Source: an uncultured Verrucomicrobiota bacterium (GTDB lineage: Bacteria; Verrucomicrobiota; Kiritimatiellia; CAIVKH01). From it: 64,000 nt of DNA. The notes beneath the pieces are model-generated. The model ran no database searches and was not told the origin of the DNA. It was given only the letters and a program-made list of their open reading frames with translations. Below, one piece after another: positions 62,708 through 64,000 of this stretch. Each line of letters opens with the position of its first letter. Position 1 is the stretch's first letter. The DNA lies in NCBI GenBank assembly GCA_964388845.1, contig CAYMCD010000004.1, positions 452 to 64,451 of the forward strand, given 5' to 3'. The translations under genes were made by a program, and so were the position numbers.

Positions 62708-63277
62708 ATGTCGCTTAGTACATCCGATCTTCGCAAGGGGCTCAAAATCCTGTGGGAAGGCCAGCCGTACGAGATCACCGAGTTCCAGTTTGTGAAGCCC
62801 GGCAAGGGCATGGCGATGTACAAGTGCCGCATCCGGCACATGCTGCAGGGGAACACGATTGAAAAAACCTTCCGCGAAGTGGACAGCTTCGAGAAACCCG
62901 ACTTGGAGAGCCGCGAACTGACGTACTCCTACGCCAACGGCGATCAATATGTTTTCAGCGACCCCGATACCTACGAGGAATTCCTCGTGGATGGCGAGGT
63001 CCTCGGCCGCAACAAGCTGCTGCTGGCCGACAACATGCACGTGGACGTGCTCTTCTACAACGGCAAGGCCGTCGAGGTGACGCTCCCGATTTTCGTCGAG
63101 AAGGTCATCGTCGAAACAGAGCCCGGCTTCAAGGGCAACACCGCCACCAACACCTATAAGCCCGCGAAGGTCGAGGGCGGCTACGAAATCCAGGTCCCGC
63201 TCTTCATCAACCAGGGCGACAACGTCCGCATTGACACCCGCACCGGCGAATACGCGGATCGGGTGGCGAAGAAATAG
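62708..63277 (+). CDS. efp: Elongation factor P
   Basis: MSLSTSDLRKGLKILWEGQPYEITEFQFVKPGKGMAMYKCRIRHMLQGNTIEKTF.. over 189 aa. RBS gaaagaGGGtacacct precedes ATG-62708. The conserved loop ..KPGKG.. carries the modifiable Lys. Confidence 0.95.
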   Translation: MSLSTSDLRKGLKILWEGQPYEITEFQFVKPGKGMAMYKCRIRHMLQGNTIEKTFREVDSFEKPDLESRELTYSYANGDQYVFSDPDTYEEFLVDGEVLGRNKLLLADNMHVDVLFYNGKAVEVTLPIFVEKVIVETEPGFKGNTATNTYKPAKVEGGYEIQVPLFINQGDNVRIDTRTGEYADRVAKK

Positions 63278-63305
63278 TAATGTGGAGCGATGGAGTGATG
63301 GAGTA

Positions 63306-64000
63306 ATGGACAACCCACCACTCCAGCACTCCAATACTCCGGCTTCCGCTCTCCACCTCCGCTCCCGCCTCCTCCACGCCACGCGCTCCTTCTTCCACGA
63401 TCGAGGATTCACCGAAGTCGAAACCCCGGTCCGCCTGAGGACCCCCGCGCTGGAGGCGCATATTGACGCCGAACCCGCGGGCGACCACTGGTTGCGCACC
63501 TCGCCCGAGCTGCACATGAAACGCCTGCTCGCCGCGGGCTTCGAAAAAATCTTCCAGCTCGGGCCCTGCTTCCGCATGGGCGAGCGCGGCGACCGGCACC
63601 ACCCCGAATACACCATGCTGGAGTGGTACCGCGCCCATGCCGATTACACCGATATCCTCGCCGACACCAAGGCCCTCATTGCGCATCTGGCCGGGTCACT
63701 TGCGGAGGGTGGGGCGACGCCTCCGGGCGCGTTGCTTCAGCCGGCGGGTCCGGAGGCCCCGCCCTGCCAGATGGCCTACCAACATCAAACCATAGATCTA
63801 TTACCCCGATGGGAACGCATCACTGTCCGCGAGGCGTTTGTCCGGTGGGCCGGATGGGACCCGGTCGCCGCGTGGGATGAGGACCGGTTCAATCTCGATC
63901 TTGTTGAGAAGGTGGAGCCCGCGCTGCCGCGCGATGTGCCCGTTGTGCTGACCGACTATCCCGCGCCCGCGGCCGCGTTGGCGCGACGCAAGCCCTCGGA
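63306..64000 (+). CDS. epmA: EF-P-(R)-beta-lysine ligase EpmA (PoxA/GenX, class II lysyl-tRNA-synthetase-like), 3' end truncated by the window edge
   Basis: MDNPPLQHSNTPASALHLRSRLLHATRSFFHDRGFTEVETPVRL..LRTSPELHMKRLLAAGFEKIFQLGPCFRMGERGDRHHPEYTMLEWY.. are class II aaRS motifs 1 and 2 in the EpmA arrangement, directly downstream of efp. No stop within the window. Confidence 0.8.
   Translation, partial: MDNPPLQHSNTPASALHLRSRLLHATRSFFHDRGFTEVETPVRLRTPALEAHIDAEPAGDHWLRTSPELHMKRLLAAGFEKIFQLGPCFRMGERGDRHHPEYTMLEWYRAHADYTDILADTKALIAHLAGSLAEGGATPPGALLQPAGPEAPPCQMAYQHQTIDLLPRWERITVREAFVRWAGWDPVAAWDEDRFNLDLVEKVEPALPRDVPVVLTDYPAPAAALARRKPS

Overview
This 64-kb window is high-GC DNA (about 68% by eye) from a bacterial chromosome. 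Exosortases, autotransporter-associated beta-strand (PATR) repeat proteins and codon usage suggest a PVC-group organism such as Verrucomicrobiota; that is inference and not provable here. Layout: (1) a giant 5.6k-aa secreted multidomain protein gene (120-16910) plus a small co-transcribed Ca-binding-repeat protein; (2) TPR proteins, sucC/sucD and an aldehyde dehydrogenase; (3) a glycan (EPS/LPS-like) biosynthesis region of about 23 kb (24585-49868) bracketed by two exosortase/EpsI pairs, with an 11-gene minus-strand operon of glycosyltransferases, methyltransferases, flippase and O-antigen-ligase-like genes joined by start/stop overlaps; (4) UDP-xylose synthase, an FHA protein, gyrA and gyrB; (5) a second giant secreted protein (1851 aa) paralogous to parts of the first; (6) efp and a truncated epmA. 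No rRNA, tRNA, CRISPR or IS/transposase was recognised. Most notable: an exosortase paralogue (29147-30127) with the invariant catalytic Cys and Asn substituted; a conserved AT-rich ~20-bp element in five copies at two loci, one overlapping the start codon of the giant gene; two giant proteins carrying an EEP nuclease/phosphatase domain, one with a lamin-tail domain (LTD); and large recent intragenic duplications. Many ORF-track entries on the strand opposite real genes, and many long N-terminal extensions, are high-GC artefacts and were rejected.
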